The position numbers and the translations under genes are program-made. This document shows, one piece after another, positions 39,415 through 49,144 of a stretch of 64,000 bases of DNA. Source of the stretch: an uncultured Verrucomicrobiae bacterium (GTDB lineage Bacteria; Verrucomicrobiota; Verrucomicrobiia; Chthoniobacterales; Terrimicrobiaceae); assembly GCA_963706955.1 (NCBI GenBank), contig CAVPOC010000013.1, positions 1-64,000 of the forward strand, read 5' to 3'. How positions within the stretch are numbered: position 1 is the stretch's first letter; every line of letters begins with the position of its first letter. The notes below the pieces were generated by a model that saw nothing but the letters and a program-made list of their open reading frames with translations, ran no database searches and was not told where the DNA came from.

Positions 39415-40497
39415 TCAGGAGGAGAGACGGACCGCCCGGCGCGTTGCGCCCCAGCTTCCCGGCCGACGCTCGAAACGCCCGGGTATGTAAGCACCACAGT
39501 CTTCGCATCGATGATCGATCAGGTTCCACTCACCCAGCTGGTACCAATCGCGTTCGATGAGAAGTTTACCGCACCCTGGGCAGAAGGTGCTGCTGCCATC
39601 CGGGTCATGGACGTTGCCGGTATAGACATAGTGCAAGCCCTTCGAGAGAGCTATTTGCCGCGCGCGGTCCAACGTTTGTCGTGGAGTGCGCGGCTTGTTG
39701 AGCATTTTGAAATCGGGATGGAAGGCCGTGAAGTGCCACGGCACATCAAGTCCAAGGTTTTCGGCGAACCACTCCGCGGCGCGATGAATCTCCGGGTCGC
39801 TGTCATTCTCATCCGGAATGAGCAGTGTGGTGACTTCAAACCAGACGTCAGTTTCCTTGAGAAATTTCAGCGTCTCGAGCACCGGTGCGAGGCTGGCGAA
39901 GCAAAGTCGGTGGTAAAAATCCTCTGAGAAGGCTTTGAGATCCACATTCGCGGCGTCCATGTGCTGGTAGAAGTCGATACGAGCTTCGGGGGTGATATAA
40001 CCTGCGGTGACGGCGACCGTTCTGACGCCCTGCTCACGGCACGCTTGCGCGACGTCGATCGCGTATTCAGCAAAAATGACAGGGTCGTTGTAGGTAAATG
40101 CGACCGATCGGCAGCCATGCCTCCGAGCTTCACGGGCGATCTCTTCTGGGGAGGCGGTGTCGGCCAACTTATCCCATTCGCGCGCTTTGCTGATGTCCCA
40201 GTTCTGACAAAACCGGCAGCCGAGATTGCAGCCGGCTGTGCCAAAGGAGAGCACGCTGGTTCCGGGCAGAAAATGGTTAAGTGGTTTTTTCTCGATGGGA
40301 TCGATGCAGAACCCGCTGCTGCGGCCATAGGTAGTCAGGACAATTTGGTTATCCAAACGCTTTCGAACAAAGCAGAAACCACGCTGGCCTTCGTTCAGCT
40401 TGCAAAAACGCGGACAAAGCTGGCATTCCAAGCGTCCGTCAGGAAGGGGATGCCACCATCGACCGGGATAGTTGGATTCAGTCACAGATTTGGCCAT
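39415..40497 (-). CDS. amrS: AmmeMemoRadiSam system radical SAM enzyme
   Basis: CQLCPRFC..GQRGFCFVR, DPIEKKPLNHF, GCNLGCRFCQNWDIS, YTGNVHD. Confidence 0.95.
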   Translation of the reverse strand: MAKSVTESNYPGRWWHPLPDGRLECQLCPRFCKLNEGQRGFCFVRKRLDNQIVLTTYGRSSGFCIDPIEKKPLNHFLPGTSVLSFGTAGCNLGCRFCQNWDISKAREWDKLADTASPEEIAREARRHGCRSVAFTYNDPVIFAEYAIDVAQACREQGVRTVAVTAGYITPEARIDFYQHMDAANVDLKAFSEDFYHRLCFASLAPVLETLKFLKETDVWFEVTTLLIPDENDSDPEIHRAAEWFAENLGLDVPWHFTAFHPDFKMLNKPRTPRQTLDRARQIALSKGLHYVYTGNVHDPDGSSTFCPGCGKLLIERDWYQLGEWNLIDHRCEDCGAYIPGRFERRPGSWGATRRAVRLSS

Positions 40498-41341
40498 CTT
40501 TGTCTAACCTTGGAAGCTTGATCGTTCTGGCCCGAGACAATATAGCCACGCTGTAGCCGACGCCAAACGGCCCTTCGTAGCTAAGGAGCTCACCCCCGGC
40601 TGCGGAAAACCGGAGGGCGGCGAGAACGACAAGCAACGGCGCAATTACATCTTGCCCCGCCGAGGTCTCTAGGTGGGGATCGAGCTGCAAAAGGTCGCGG
40701 TATGCGCCCCGCTTCAAGACATCCACGAGCCAGCAGTCAAATTCCCGTCCGCGCGGGTCGTAGCCGAGTGGGGCGCCGATCGTCAGCCGATGGCTCATGT
40801 CTCCACTGGCGATCAGAGCAACTCGGCGGCTCGTGGATGCTGCAGCTTCGGCAATCGTTTCGCCAAGTGCGATGAGAGTTTTCCGGTCCGCGGAGTTTAC
40901 AGCCAGGACGGTAGTTGGGCGATTCCAACCTGCTTCCGCAATAAACCAAAGAGGCACGGTCGCTCCATGGTCGAGCGAGGATTCCGTGATGGAAGCGATG
41001 TCCAGTCCGCGGCGAGTGCACAGAGTTGCGACTATGTCAGCAAGCATTGCGTCGGCGGGTAGATCGATGGTCCGGTGCGGAACGCGAAACGCCCGGAGCG
41101 ATCCCCGCAGACGCTCGCCGCGCCAGATACCTACCGGTTTAGACATGCACGGCGAATGCGGAGATATTACGACCAGGGTATCAGCAGCTGCGGCGATGAT
41201 TGATCGCGCGGCTTTACGCATCGCGGAGAGAGTCGTGGCGATGTCGTCGTGGCGAGGGCCGCCGACGCCGGGAATTAGGATAGGCGCGTGTGGCAGAAGA
41301 GCTCCACAGACTACACTACCGGCAAGAGCAGAATTACTCAC
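40478..41341 (-). CDS. MEMO/LigB-like (class III extradiol dioxygenase fold) AmmeMemoRadiSam-associated protein
   Basis: LLPHAPILIP, VISPH, LDHG, IASGDMSHRL, SYEGPFGVGY. Confidence 0.85.
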   Translation of the reverse strand: MSNSALAGSVVCGALLPHAPILIPGVGGPRHDDIATTLSAMRKAARSIIAAAADTLVVISPHSPCMSKPVGIWRGERLRGSLRAFRVPHRTIDLPADAMLADIVATLCTRRGLDIASITESSLDHGATVPLWFIAEAGWNRPTTVLAVNSADRKTLIALGETIAEAAASTSRRVALIASGDMSHRLTIGAPLGYDPRGREFDCWLVDVLKRGAYRDLLQLDPHLETSAGQDVIAPLLVVLAALRFSAAGGELLSYEGPFGVGYSVAILSRARTIKLPRLDKDGQICD

Positions 41342-41394
41342 GGAGAGGGCGCGTCATCCGTTCGCTGCCCGGAGCATGCGCGTCCGAAGGACGT

Positions 41395-41910
41395 TCAGGG
41401 ACCTGGCGCCTTCTCTGGGGACTGCGGCAGGGCCAGGTTTTCCCCGCCCGAAGGAGAGCTGGGGAGCACCTTACGGATAAGTTTGGTAAAGCCACTCTCG
41501 GCCGCGTCTTGGTCCGCGGTCGCCTGACGCACCGCCAGTTCCCAAGCCTGGGCAAACCCAGGCGCCTGCTCACGCATACGCGCCACGGCCGTTTCCAAGA
41601 TCTGCAGTTGGCGCGCTTCCGCGCGGCCAGGTCTTTGCTGGAGAGCCGCGATATTAACTCTCAGGTTTTCATTTTGTTCCTTTAGAGACGAGAGGTCCTT
41701 CTCTAGACGATCATTTCCCGAGGCGGTGATTTTCAGATGCGTATTGAGGTGCTTTTGCAGCTGGTCGTGTTCGTCTTTCAAACGCTTGATCTCCCGATTC
41801 AGGTTGGCCTTGGTCGACAAGGCGCTCTTCAGGACAAAGGCGGCGATCAAAAGGCCGAGGCCAAGCCCCCAAGTGAACGGATGCGAGAGGACCGGCCAGA
41901 CGGTTTCCAT
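41395..41910 (-). CDS. Hypothetical membrane-anchored coiled-coil protein
   Basis: N-terminal TM (HPFTWGLGLGLLIAAFVL) followed by a heptad-rich helix. Confidence 0.7.
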   Translation of the reverse strand: METVWPVLSHPFTWGLGLGLLIAAFVLKSALSTKANLNREIKRLKDEHDQLQKHLNTHLKITASGNDRLEKDLSSLKEQNENLRVNIAALQQRPGRAEARQLQILETAVARMREQAPGFAQAWELAVRQATADQDAAESGFTKLIRKVLPSSPSGGENLALPQSPEKAPGP

Positions 41911-41992
41911 GTAGCCACGTTAAGTGCGTCCGCTGGCATGGCAAACGAAAACCCTTCGCTGCCGAGATCGGCTGGCCGAAGCAAAGGTATCG

Positions 41993-43249
41993 CTATCTCG
42001 GGTCCGCGACGCGTCCAATAAAGAGGCAAGCTCCGCTTGGGCGATGCTGAATGGCAAAGAGGAATGGCCGGTCGACGCGAACCTCGACAGGTTTCGGTTT
42101 GTCCAGGTGGGCGGTGGCCCGCATCATGACAACGGCAGTCGCGGCGGCTGCTTCTGTTCCCTTCTCATCAATCTCGACGAAGGTTTTGTGAAAAACGTTG
42201 GAGATGTAGAGATAGTCATTCGCTCGCCGCGGCGCTATCCCGTTGAAGTTTGCGCTTCCTTGCGGGACGTCAAAGGCGCTTTCCATGCCAAGCGCTTCGA
42301 AGGTTTTTCTCAACGCGAAGAGAGGCGGCTCCAGCCTCCATTTGGGCAAATAAAGAAGAATTTCCTCAGGCTTCAGACGCGCGCATTCCGCCAGCAGATC
42401 CGGAGTCAATTTGCTTTCGAGTTTTGGGAGTCCCACCGCGGTGTCTGGCAAGAGCACGAGAAACTGGAGATCGCCACCTGTGTACGGAAGTGCGACGGCA
42501 ACAAACCCGTCATGCTTAGCGTAACCCAAGGCATCCTGGCGTCTCATCGTCGGCACATCCGCACTTGAACCGTCGGCAAAATGAAATGCGGCTGGGACAG
42601 TCTCGTTCTGTTTGAATTCCTCTTTCCAGGGAGCTTTGAGATAGACCGCATTGGCGAGCACCAGACGTGTGTCCTTGTTGAGCGCATTCGGTGGGATCAA
42701 ATCGCGGATTCGTTCCCTCGTCTGTTCGGCGATCCAGCTGTTAATGTGCTTGGTGGCGCCGGCAGAATCGCTGATGAAATCGAGGGCTTCGAGTGGCGAG
42801 TCCAACGTCTTCTTGAGCAGCTCGAGGTAGGCAGGTCGAAAATCGTATCCCCGTTGTCCGAATAGCCTGTTCGCAACCGTCAATGTAATCGGCTCGCTTG
42901 GCCCACCGGCTTTCTTAGACTCGGCGGCGATCTTTGCCGTCCGCTGAGCCATTTCATCGAGTTCGTCCTGGAGCCGGGCAAAGTCTCTCACGATATCCGG
43001 ATCGCTGGGCGGATAGTGAAGCACCCGGGCCATTTGCTGCCGGGTGTCCCCCTCAGCGCCGGCATAAGTCATCACAAGAGCGAGTTGAATCGAGTAGGGG
43101 GAAAAGGCTGTGTTCTCCTGGGGCGGCGCGGCGTGAGCAAGCAGATCGAGCGCCAGATTGTTCACCGCGCGAGCAGCGGTGGTCGACGGATCGACTGCCG
43201 AGAGGCAAGAAAGCGGCAGCAAGAGGGCGGCGACAATTTTGCTGTTCAT
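41993..43249 (-). CDS. Serpin (serine protease inhibitor family), secreted
   Basis: AFSPYSI, INSWIAEQT, LANAVYLKAPW, hinge EKGTEAAAAT, DRPFLFAI; signal peptide. Confidence 0.95.
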   Translation of the reverse strand: MNSKIVAALLLPLSCLSAVDPSTTAARAVNNLALDLLAHAAPPQENTAFSPYSIQLALVMTYAGAEGDTRQQMARVLHYPPSDPDIVRDFARLQDELDEMAQRTAKIAAESKKAGGPSEPITLTVANRLFGQRGYDFRPAYLELLKKTLDSPLEALDFISDSAGATKHINSWIAEQTRERIRDLIPPNALNKDTRLVLANAVYLKAPWKEEFKQNETVPAAFHFADGSSADVPTMRRQDALGYAKHDGFVAVALPYTGGDLQFLVLLPDTAVGLPKLESKLTPDLLAECARLKPEEILLYLPKWRLEPPLFALRKTFEALGMESAFDVPQGSANFNGIAPRRANDYLYISNVFHKTFVEIDEKGTEAAAATAVVMMRATAHLDKPKPVEVRVDRPFLFAIQHRPSGACLFIGRVADPR

Positions 43250-43250
43250 G

Positions 43251-45473
43251 CTAGATCTCCTCGCGCAGGAGCTTCTCAATGGTTTGGGACCAGGCGGCGT
43301 CGAGGTCGGTTAAGGACCACCCGAATGTCTTGCCATCGGCCGAAATCCTTAGCGAGTCGGACTTGGTAACTATCCCCAAACGATGGGCTGGCACGCCGCG
43401 CCACTCGAGGAGCGCCAGCGCTACCGATGCGTTTTGTTTCTTCACAGAAATAATGATCCGCGATTGCGTTTCATTGAAGATCAGCACGTCGGCACGCAAT
43501 CCGGTCTCGCCGAAATCCACCTCGGCTCCATGCGGCTCGGGTCCGCTCAAGCAAGATTCAACCAGGGCGATAGCTAATCCACCTTCAGAACAATCGTGCG
43601 CGCTCTCGACCAGGCCAATCTTTATCAAGGCGCGGACTGCCGCTTGAAGAGCTTTCTCGCGGGCAAAGTCCAGCCGAGGCGGAGGCCCCTCTTTTCGTCC
43701 ATGCACGATCTTAAGATAGTGCGACGCACCCAGCTCATTTCCCAGCTCACCAACAAGCAAAATCACATCCCCGGCTTGCTTGAAAAACTGAGTGGTGATG
43801 TCTTTCGAATTCTCGATCAGCCCCACCATGCCGACCGTTGGCGTAGGATCGATTGTGCCCGCAGGGCTCTCGTTGTAGAGGCTGACGTTTCCCCCCGTCA
43901 CAGGAATATTGAACTCTCGACAAGCATCGGCCATTCCTTCGACAGCTTCACGCAACTGCAGGAAATTTTCCGGTTTATAGGGGTTTCCGAAATTGAGGTT
44001 GTCGGTGATGGCCAGCGGGACCGCCCCTGAGCACGTCAAATTGCGCGCGGCTTCAGCAACAGCAATTTTCGCCCCTTCTCTCGGGTCCTGCCGGCAATAG
44101 AGGGCGTTGCAGTCCGAGGTTGCGGCGAGAACTTTGTCCGCCTCGCGCACGATGAAGACGGCCGCATCTGAACCTGGTCGCACCGCGCAACCGAGCCGCA
44201 CCATGTGGTCGTACTGTCGCCAGACCCAGCGCTTTGAAGCGATGCTCGGATGGGAAGAGAGTTGGATCAGCGAATCGCGGACGTCCACCTCTTGAACAGA
44301 GGTGAGATCAAGTGGCGGGGGAGGATGTCGTTCCGATGCTTCGCGACGATAAACGGGCGCTTCATCGGCGAGGGCGCGAGCAGGAATTTCAACGACAGTC
44401 TTTCCCTCTTCCTTGACTCGCATGAATCCGTCACCAGTGACGATGCCGATCTGCGCATAAGGCAAGTCCCACTTCTCGAAAATTTCTTTGACTCTGACTT
44501 CCTCACCTTTTTTCACGATGACCAGCATACGTTCCTGGGATTCGCTCAGAAGGATCTCATAGGGCGTCATCCCAGTTTCTCGCTTTGGCACGAGCGAGAG
44601 ATCGATTTCCACGCCGGTTCCGCCGCGACTTGCCGTCTCACAGGTCGAACATGTCAGACCGGCAGCACCCATGTCCTGGATGCCCGCGACGCAGCCGCTC
44701 GCGAGCAATTCAAGGCAGGCCTCGAGAAGTAACTTTTCGCGAAAGGGATCCCCGACCTGGACTGCTGGACGATCTTCTTTCGATTCCTCGGTCAAGTCGC
44801 GGGAGGCAAACGCAGCTCCAGCCAACCCATCGCGTCCGGTCTCCGCCCCAACATAAAACACGGGATTTCCGATTCCCGTGGCGGCGCCGCGGGCGATTTG
44901 GCCGTGGCGCAATATTCCAAGGCAAAAGACATTCACCAGCGGATTGCCGGCATACGATTCATCGAAATAGGTCTCGCCGCCAATCGTAGGGACCCCGATA
45001 CAGTTTCCGTAGTGGGCAATGCCCGCTACGACGCCCGCAAAAAGGTGACGGTGGGCGGGATCTGTGAGCGGACCGAACCGCAGCGAATTCAAACTAAAGA
45101 CCGGCCTTGCACCCATCGTAAAGATGTCGCGAATGATGCCGCCCACCCCCGTGGCGGCTCCCTGAAAGGGTTCAATGGCGCTGGGATGGTTGTGACTTTC
45201 CATTTTGAAAGCCACCGCCCAATCATCGCCGATATCGATCACCCCGGCGTTTTCCTCTCCGGCCCCCACCAGCACCCGATCGCCACGGGTGGGAAATTTT
45301 CGTAGTTCGAGCTTCGAATTCTTGTAGGAACAATGCTCGCTCCACATGACCGAAAACACGCCAAGCTCGGTGAAGTTCGGCTCCCGACCAAGAATTCCGC
45401 AGATCCGTTCATACTCCTCGGGGGTAAGACCGTGCTTGGCGATCACTTCAGGCGTAATGAGTGGATCTGGCAT
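43251..45473 (-). CDS. purL: Phosphoribosylformylglycinamidine synthase subunit PurL
   Basis: [39 protein letters not shown] at 45473. Confidence 0.97.
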   Translation of the reverse strand: MPDPLITPEVIAKHGLTPEEYERICGILGREPNFTELGVFSVMWSEHCSYKNSKLELRKFPTRGDRVLVGAGEENAGVIDIGDDWAVAFKMESHNHPSAIEPFQGAATGVGGIIRDIFTMGARPVFSLNSLRFGPLTDPAHRHLFAGVVAGIAHYGNCIGVPTIGGETYFDESYAGNPLVNVFCLGILRHGQIARGAATGIGNPVFYVGAETGRDGLAGAAFASRDLTEESKEDRPAVQVGDPFREKLLLEACLELLASGCVAGIQDMGAAGLTCSTCETASRGGTGVEIDLSLVPKRETGMTPYEILLSESQERMLVIVKKGEEVRVKEIFEKWDLPYAQIGIVTGDGFMRVKEEGKTVVEIPARALADEAPVYRREASERHPPPPLDLTSVQEVDVRDSLIQLSSHPSIASKRWVWRQYDHMVRLGCAVRPGSDAAVFIVREADKVLAATSDCNALYCRQDPREGAKIAVAEAARNLTCSGAVPLAITDNLNFGNPYKPENFLQLREAVEGMADACREFNIPVTGGNVSLYNESPAGTIDPTPTVGMVGLIENSKDITTQFFKQAGDVILLVGELGNELGASHYLKIVHGRKEGPPPRLDFAREKALQAAVRALIKIGLVESAHDCSEGGLAIALVESCLSGPEPHGAEVDFGETGLRADVLIFNETQSRIIISVKKQNASVALALLEWRGVPAHRLGIVTKSDSLRISADGKTFGWSLTDLDAAWSQTIEKLLREEI

Positions 45474-45478
45474 TTTTT

Positions 45479-45646
45479 TAACCACAGAGGACACAGCTAA
45501 CCACAGAGAACACAGAGGAAAGTCATTAGAGAAATGCACTTCAGGCCGTCTCTGAGCTTAAGACATGTGATCACGGCCCGAGTGACCTGTTTATCAGCAA
45601 ACTCTGTGCCCTCTGTGTTCTCTGTGGTTGGTCTTTGTTGAGGCAT
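45479..45646 (-). mobile_element. Miniature, internally deleted derivative of the GxxExxY cassette (contains 49-aa ORF 45497..45646)
   Basis: Same inverted repeats as the full cassette. The [52 protein letters not shown] keeps three segments of the GxxExxY protein in frame. Confidence 0.75.
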
Positions 45647-45648
45647 TT

Positions 45649-45677
45649 TAACCACAGAGGGCACAGAGAACACAGAG
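45649..45677 (+). repeat. Left terminal repeat of the GxxExxY cassette, (cacagagNN)x3
   Basis: taaccacagagggcacagagaacacagag; inverted partner at 46055-46083. Confidence 0.85.
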
Positions 45678-45682
45678 GAAGG

Positions 45683-46087
45683 TCATAGAGAGATTCGCTT
45701 GAGACCATCTCTAAGCATTGGGACGTTGAAGTTGACAAGGAGGCCTGTCCGCAATCCGGTGAGCTTCAGATATGTGATCACTTGAGCATGGTGAATCGGA
45801 AGCAGTTGGTCGATGGCTTTGACTTCGATCAAAACCTTGTTGTCGACGATCAGATCAGCTCGGAACCCCATCTCGAACCGAATGTTGTGATACACGATGG
45901 GGATCTCCTTTTGAATTTCGACAACATGTCCTCGCGTGCTCAATTCATAGGCGAAACACCTTTCATAGACCGATTCGAGCAGGCCCGGGCCGAGTTCCTT
46001 GTGCACGCAAATCGCTGAGCCGATGATGGCTTCAGTGACCTCTTTATTAAGAAACTCTGTGCCCTCTGTGTTCTCTGTGGTTAGCAT
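45683..46087 (-). CDS. GxxExxY protein (PD-(D/E)XK nuclease superfamily)
   Basis: LGPGLLESVYE, FRADLIV...IEVKA, HHAQVITYLKLTG...GLLVNFN. ATG at 46087; inserted between purQ and purL. Confidence 0.95.
   Translation of the reverse strand: MLTTENTEGTEFLNKEVTEAIIGSAICVHKELGPGLLESVYERCFAYELSTRGHVVEIQKEIPIVYHNIRFEMGFRADLIVDNKVLIEVKAIDQLLPIHHAQVITYLKLTGLRTGLLVNFNVPMLRDGLKRISL
46055..46083 (-). repeat. Right terminal repeat of the GxxExxY cassette; overlaps the first codons (TTENTEGTE)
   Basis: ctctgtgccctctgtgttctctgtggtta. Confidence 0.85.
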
Positions 46088-46089
46088 CG

Positions 46090-46800
46090 TCAGGCGACTT
46101 GGCGCAGAGGGGAGGCGGGCCACTCGAGCATGCTTTGGAAAATGAGCAGGCCGTCGGTGCTACCTAAGAGCGGGTCGCAAGCTCGCTCCGGATGAGGCAT
46201 GAGGCCGCAGACGTTGCGGGCCTCGTTGCAAATTCCAGCGATATTGTCTTTCGAGCCGTTCGGGTTTGCCGCCTCGGTGGTGCGCCCGCGCGCATCGCAG
46301 TAACGGAACAGCACGCGACCTTCACGTTCGAGATCGTGGAGAATGGCATCTTCAGCAAAATAGCAGCCCTCGCCATGCGCAATGGGAAGACGCAGGACGG
46401 TTCCGTTCCATGTGGCATTCGTGAAAGGACTGTTATGTCGCTCGACACGGACATGTATATGCTCGCAAATGAAGTGAAGCCCCCGATTGCGAACCAAAGC
46501 GCCTGGCAAAAGCCCCGACTCGCACAAGATTTGGAAGCCGTTGCAAATGCCGATGACCATCCCGCCGTCGGCAGCAAAGCTTTTTACAGCGCGCATTATT
46601 GGCGAGAAGCGCGCAATAGCACCACAGCGCAGGTAGTCGCCGTAGGAAAATCCGCCCGGCAGCACAACCGCATCGAATCCGGCAAGCGAGGTCTCCTTGT
46701 GCCACACATAGTCCGCGTTGCCGCCGGGAATTGAGTTGAGCGCATGAATACAATCCTGGTCGCAATTAGACCCGGGGAATTGAAGGACTGCGAATTTCAC
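46090..46800 (-). CDS. purQ: Phosphoribosylformylglycinamidine synthase subunit PurQ
   Basis: [31 protein letters not shown]. Confidence 0.97.
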   Translation of the reverse strand: MKFAVLQFPGSNCDQDCIHALNSIPGGNADYVWHKETSLAGFDAVVLPGGFSYGDYLRCGAIARFSPIMRAVKSFAADGGMVIGICNGFQILCESGLLPGALVRNRGLHFICEHIHVRVERHNSPFTNATWNGTVLRLPIAHGEGCYFAEDAILHDLEREGRVLFRYCDARGRTTEAANPNGSKDNIAGICNEARNVCGLMPHPERACDPLLGSTDGLLIFQSMLEWPASPLRQVA

Positions 46801-46830
46801 CGTTAGGCCCAGGAGTTCACCGAGAATGGC

Positions 46831-47064
46831 TCACGGCTCTACTTCGAGTCGGTAATCTTCAATGATCGGATTCGACAAGAGGTCGCGTGCGATCTGATGA
46901 AGTTTAGTCTCATCGACATCGCTCTGGAGCTCGATTTCGATGCTCTTTCCCACGCGGACACGAGCGACTTTGTCGAGCCCGAGATGTTTCATCGCTTCGG
47001 CCGTAGCGGCGCCTTGCGGATCGAGCACGGAACGCTTGGGCATGACGGTGACGATGGCTTTCAC
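46831..47064 (-). CDS. purS: Phosphoribosylformylglycinamidine synthase subunit PurS
   Basis: VMPKRSVLDPQG...VRVGKSIEI...LLSNPIIEDY; GTG start at 47064. Confidence 0.95.
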   Translation of the reverse strand: MKAIVTVMPKRSVLDPQGAATAEAMKHLGLDKVARVRVGKSIEIELQSDVDETKLHQIARDLLSNPIIEDYRLEVEP

Positions 47065-47107
47065 GCCACAACAATTTCGTGTCCTGCCTTGGCGCACAAG
47101 CCGATTA

Positions 47108-48685
47108 TCATTTTTTGCGGGCGATGTGGAGAGCGCAGGCGATGGCGGCAATGGCAAGGCAACCCAGCGAAAAAATTTCTCCATACCGCGTGTAGAAAGT
47201 TTTCGCTGGATCAATCGGGACGTCCAACTGCGCGAAGAGCACGCCCTCGATAAAAGTATCTCCCTGGTCATTTTGCAGTTGGTTCACAATCCGTCCGAAT
47301 CGATCGATTACGCAGGTAACTCCGGTGTTCGCCGCCCGGACCATCGGCAGTTTTGTTTCCGCGCAGCGAAAAAGTGCGTGCTTCACATGCTGCTCTGAGC
47401 CGGCACTTTTGAGAAACCACGCATCGTTAGTCATTGTCACCAAGACTTGCGCCCCGCGCTGGGCAAACTGACGCGTCAAATCGCCCAAGGTATCTTCAAA
47501 GCAAATCAGCGGGCCGATGCTGATCGGTTTGCGCGACATTTTTAGAATGACAGGTTCTCTGCCGAAATCGAAGTCGTCAGGAATCAATTCACCCACCAGC
47601 CAGGCGAAAAGCGGGAACGACCCTCGCAGCGGAACATACTCCCCGAAGGGAACCAGGTGGATCTTGTGATAGAGCTGCGCGTTGCGCGCGCTGTCGGTAA
47701 GCAGAACCGCCGAATTGTAGTCGCCGGATTGGTCAAAATGCACCGTCCCCAACAGAAAGTCACCGGCATGCTTTTCGGCAAGGCCGCGAACAACATCCCA
47801 GTTTCTTTGATCGGAGAAAAGTGGACGCGGCGTGGCCGCTTCGGGCCAGATGAGAAGGTCAGGGTTGACCGCGAGAGCGGTTTGCGTCAGGGCGACATGA
47901 AGGTCGAGAATGCGCGCTTCGTGCTCGGGATCGCGTTTTTCGCTGACCGGCACGTTAGCTTGGACTGCGGCGACGCTCAAACCCTCCGAAGGAGGAGAAG
48001 GTTGAGACAATCGCCGGACACCGTAGACAAACACGAGCGCGACCAGCGCGATGGTCAAATTGAAATCGTAGTGGGGCCGGAGTCGTTCCCGGCCAATTTC
48101 AGCCCTAAAGCGCCGGACGGTGATAACGATTATCACATTGACCATGGCCACCAGAAAGGAGAGGCCGCCGACGCCGGTGATGTCGCAAATTTGGATGAGC
48201 GCGATATTCTTGTTCAAGGCGACTCCAAGGGCATTCCAGCCGAAGCCGGTGAAGACAACTCCGCGTAGCCACTCGAGGGCGGTCCATCCGGCTGAGGCGA
48301 GGGCGGCGACCCGCAGATTGTTCCAGGACTTAGTCCAGACCGGCTCCCGCTCCAGAGAGGACGGACGTGGTCTGGCGACCGTGCCAACAAAGAGTGCCCA
48401 AAGTGCCGTGTAGCTGCCGAGGAAAAGACAGAGCGCGATCAATCCGGGGACCGTAACGGTGACAAGCCAATGGAGACTGCCGAGCATGTAGATCAACCCG
48501 GTCACGTAACCGAGCAGGAGCAGTCTCAAGGCGTCTCGCCTTTTCCACGGTTCAGAAAACCAGATCGCTGCGGTGATGGGAGTTAGCGCGAGCCAGCAAA
48601 GGCCGCCAAGATTCGCCGGAGGGAAGCACAACGTGAGCAGCAGACCGCTCAGGATTGCGCATAACCATGGCCAATAACGTCTCAT
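47108..48685 (-). CDS. lnt: Apolipoprotein N-acyltransferase
   Basis: EWLRG...GFGW, WPEAA, YHKIHLVPFGEYVP, LICFE, TNDAWF, RAANTG. Confidence 0.95.
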   Translation of the reverse strand: MRRYWPWLCAILSGLLLTLCFPPANLGGLCWLALTPITAAIWFSEPWKRRDALRLLLLGYVTGLIYMLGSLHWLVTVTVPGLIALCLFLGSYTALWALFVGTVARPRPSSLEREPVWTKSWNNLRVAALASAGWTALEWLRGVVFTGFGWNALGVALNKNIALIQICDITGVGGLSFLVAMVNVIIVITVRRFRAEIGRERLRPHYDFNLTIALVALVFVYGVRRLSQPSPPSEGLSVAAVQANVPVSEKRDPEHEARILDLHVALTQTALAVNPDLLIWPEAATPRPLFSDQRNWDVVRGLAEKHAGDFLLGTVHFDQSGDYNSAVLLTDSARNAQLYHKIHLVPFGEYVPLRGSFPLFAWLVGELIPDDFDFGREPVILKMSRKPISIGPLICFEDTLGDLTRQFAQRGAQVLVTMTNDAWFLKSAGSEQHVKHALFRCAETKLPMVRAANTGVTCVIDRFGRIVNQLQNDQGDTFIEGVLFAQLDVPIDPAKTFYTRYGEIFSLGCLAIAAIACALHIARKK

Positions 48686-48727
48686 CGAGGCGGAGAGCAA
48701 ACATGCCCGGCTGTCGAGCGCCAAGCT

Positions 48728-49117
48728 TCAATCCGCTTTCATCGCGTCAATAGAGAGTGACGTATCCACCGTCACGCTGCAACGCGTGTCCGGGCGTGCT
48801 TCTGTCGGGACGTCCTTGAGAACTATCACCACTCTCGTCTCGTCTTCTTCGGTTTCGCGCGATTCGACCGCGCCATCAAAACGTTTTGAGGGAGATGTTT
48901 CGAAGGTGACGATGGCCTTCGATCCTTGTCGGATTTTTCCAGCAACGTTCGATGGAAACTTCGCCAGAACGAGCCTTTCTGAGATGAGGTGCGCGTTCAC
49001 GGTAGATGGTGCTTGCGATCTATATCGGAGCCATGTCAAAGCCGCGGCAATAGCGGCCAAGAGGAGAATACTGATGACAACGGTTCGCCCTGGGTTCTTT
49101 TTTTCCGTGCGTTCCAT
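48728..49117 (-). CDS. Hypothetical protein with N-terminal TM and HlyD-like beta-barrel tail
   Basis: MERTEKKNPGRTVVISILLLAAIAAALTW...KIRQGSKAIVTF...FDGAV. Confidence 0.55.
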   Translation of the reverse strand: MERTEKKNPGRTVVISILLLAAIAAALTWLRYRSQAPSTVNAHLISERLVLAKFPSNVAGKIRQGSKAIVTFETSPSKRFDGAVESRETEEDETRVVIVLKDVPTEARPDTRCSVTVDTSLSIDAMKAD

Positions 49118-49144
49118 CGAAGCGGCTGAAAAGGTATCGTTCCC

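Noticed and set aside
45474..45539. N-terminal extension of PurL ([22 protein letters not shown])
   Set aside because: It is translation of the repeat/mini-cassette DNA; the conserved PurL sequence begins at ATG 45473.
45479..46083. cacagag repeats as a CRISPR array
   Set aside because: The units are inverted and 9-bp periodic, there are no unique equal-length spacers, and there are no cas genes.
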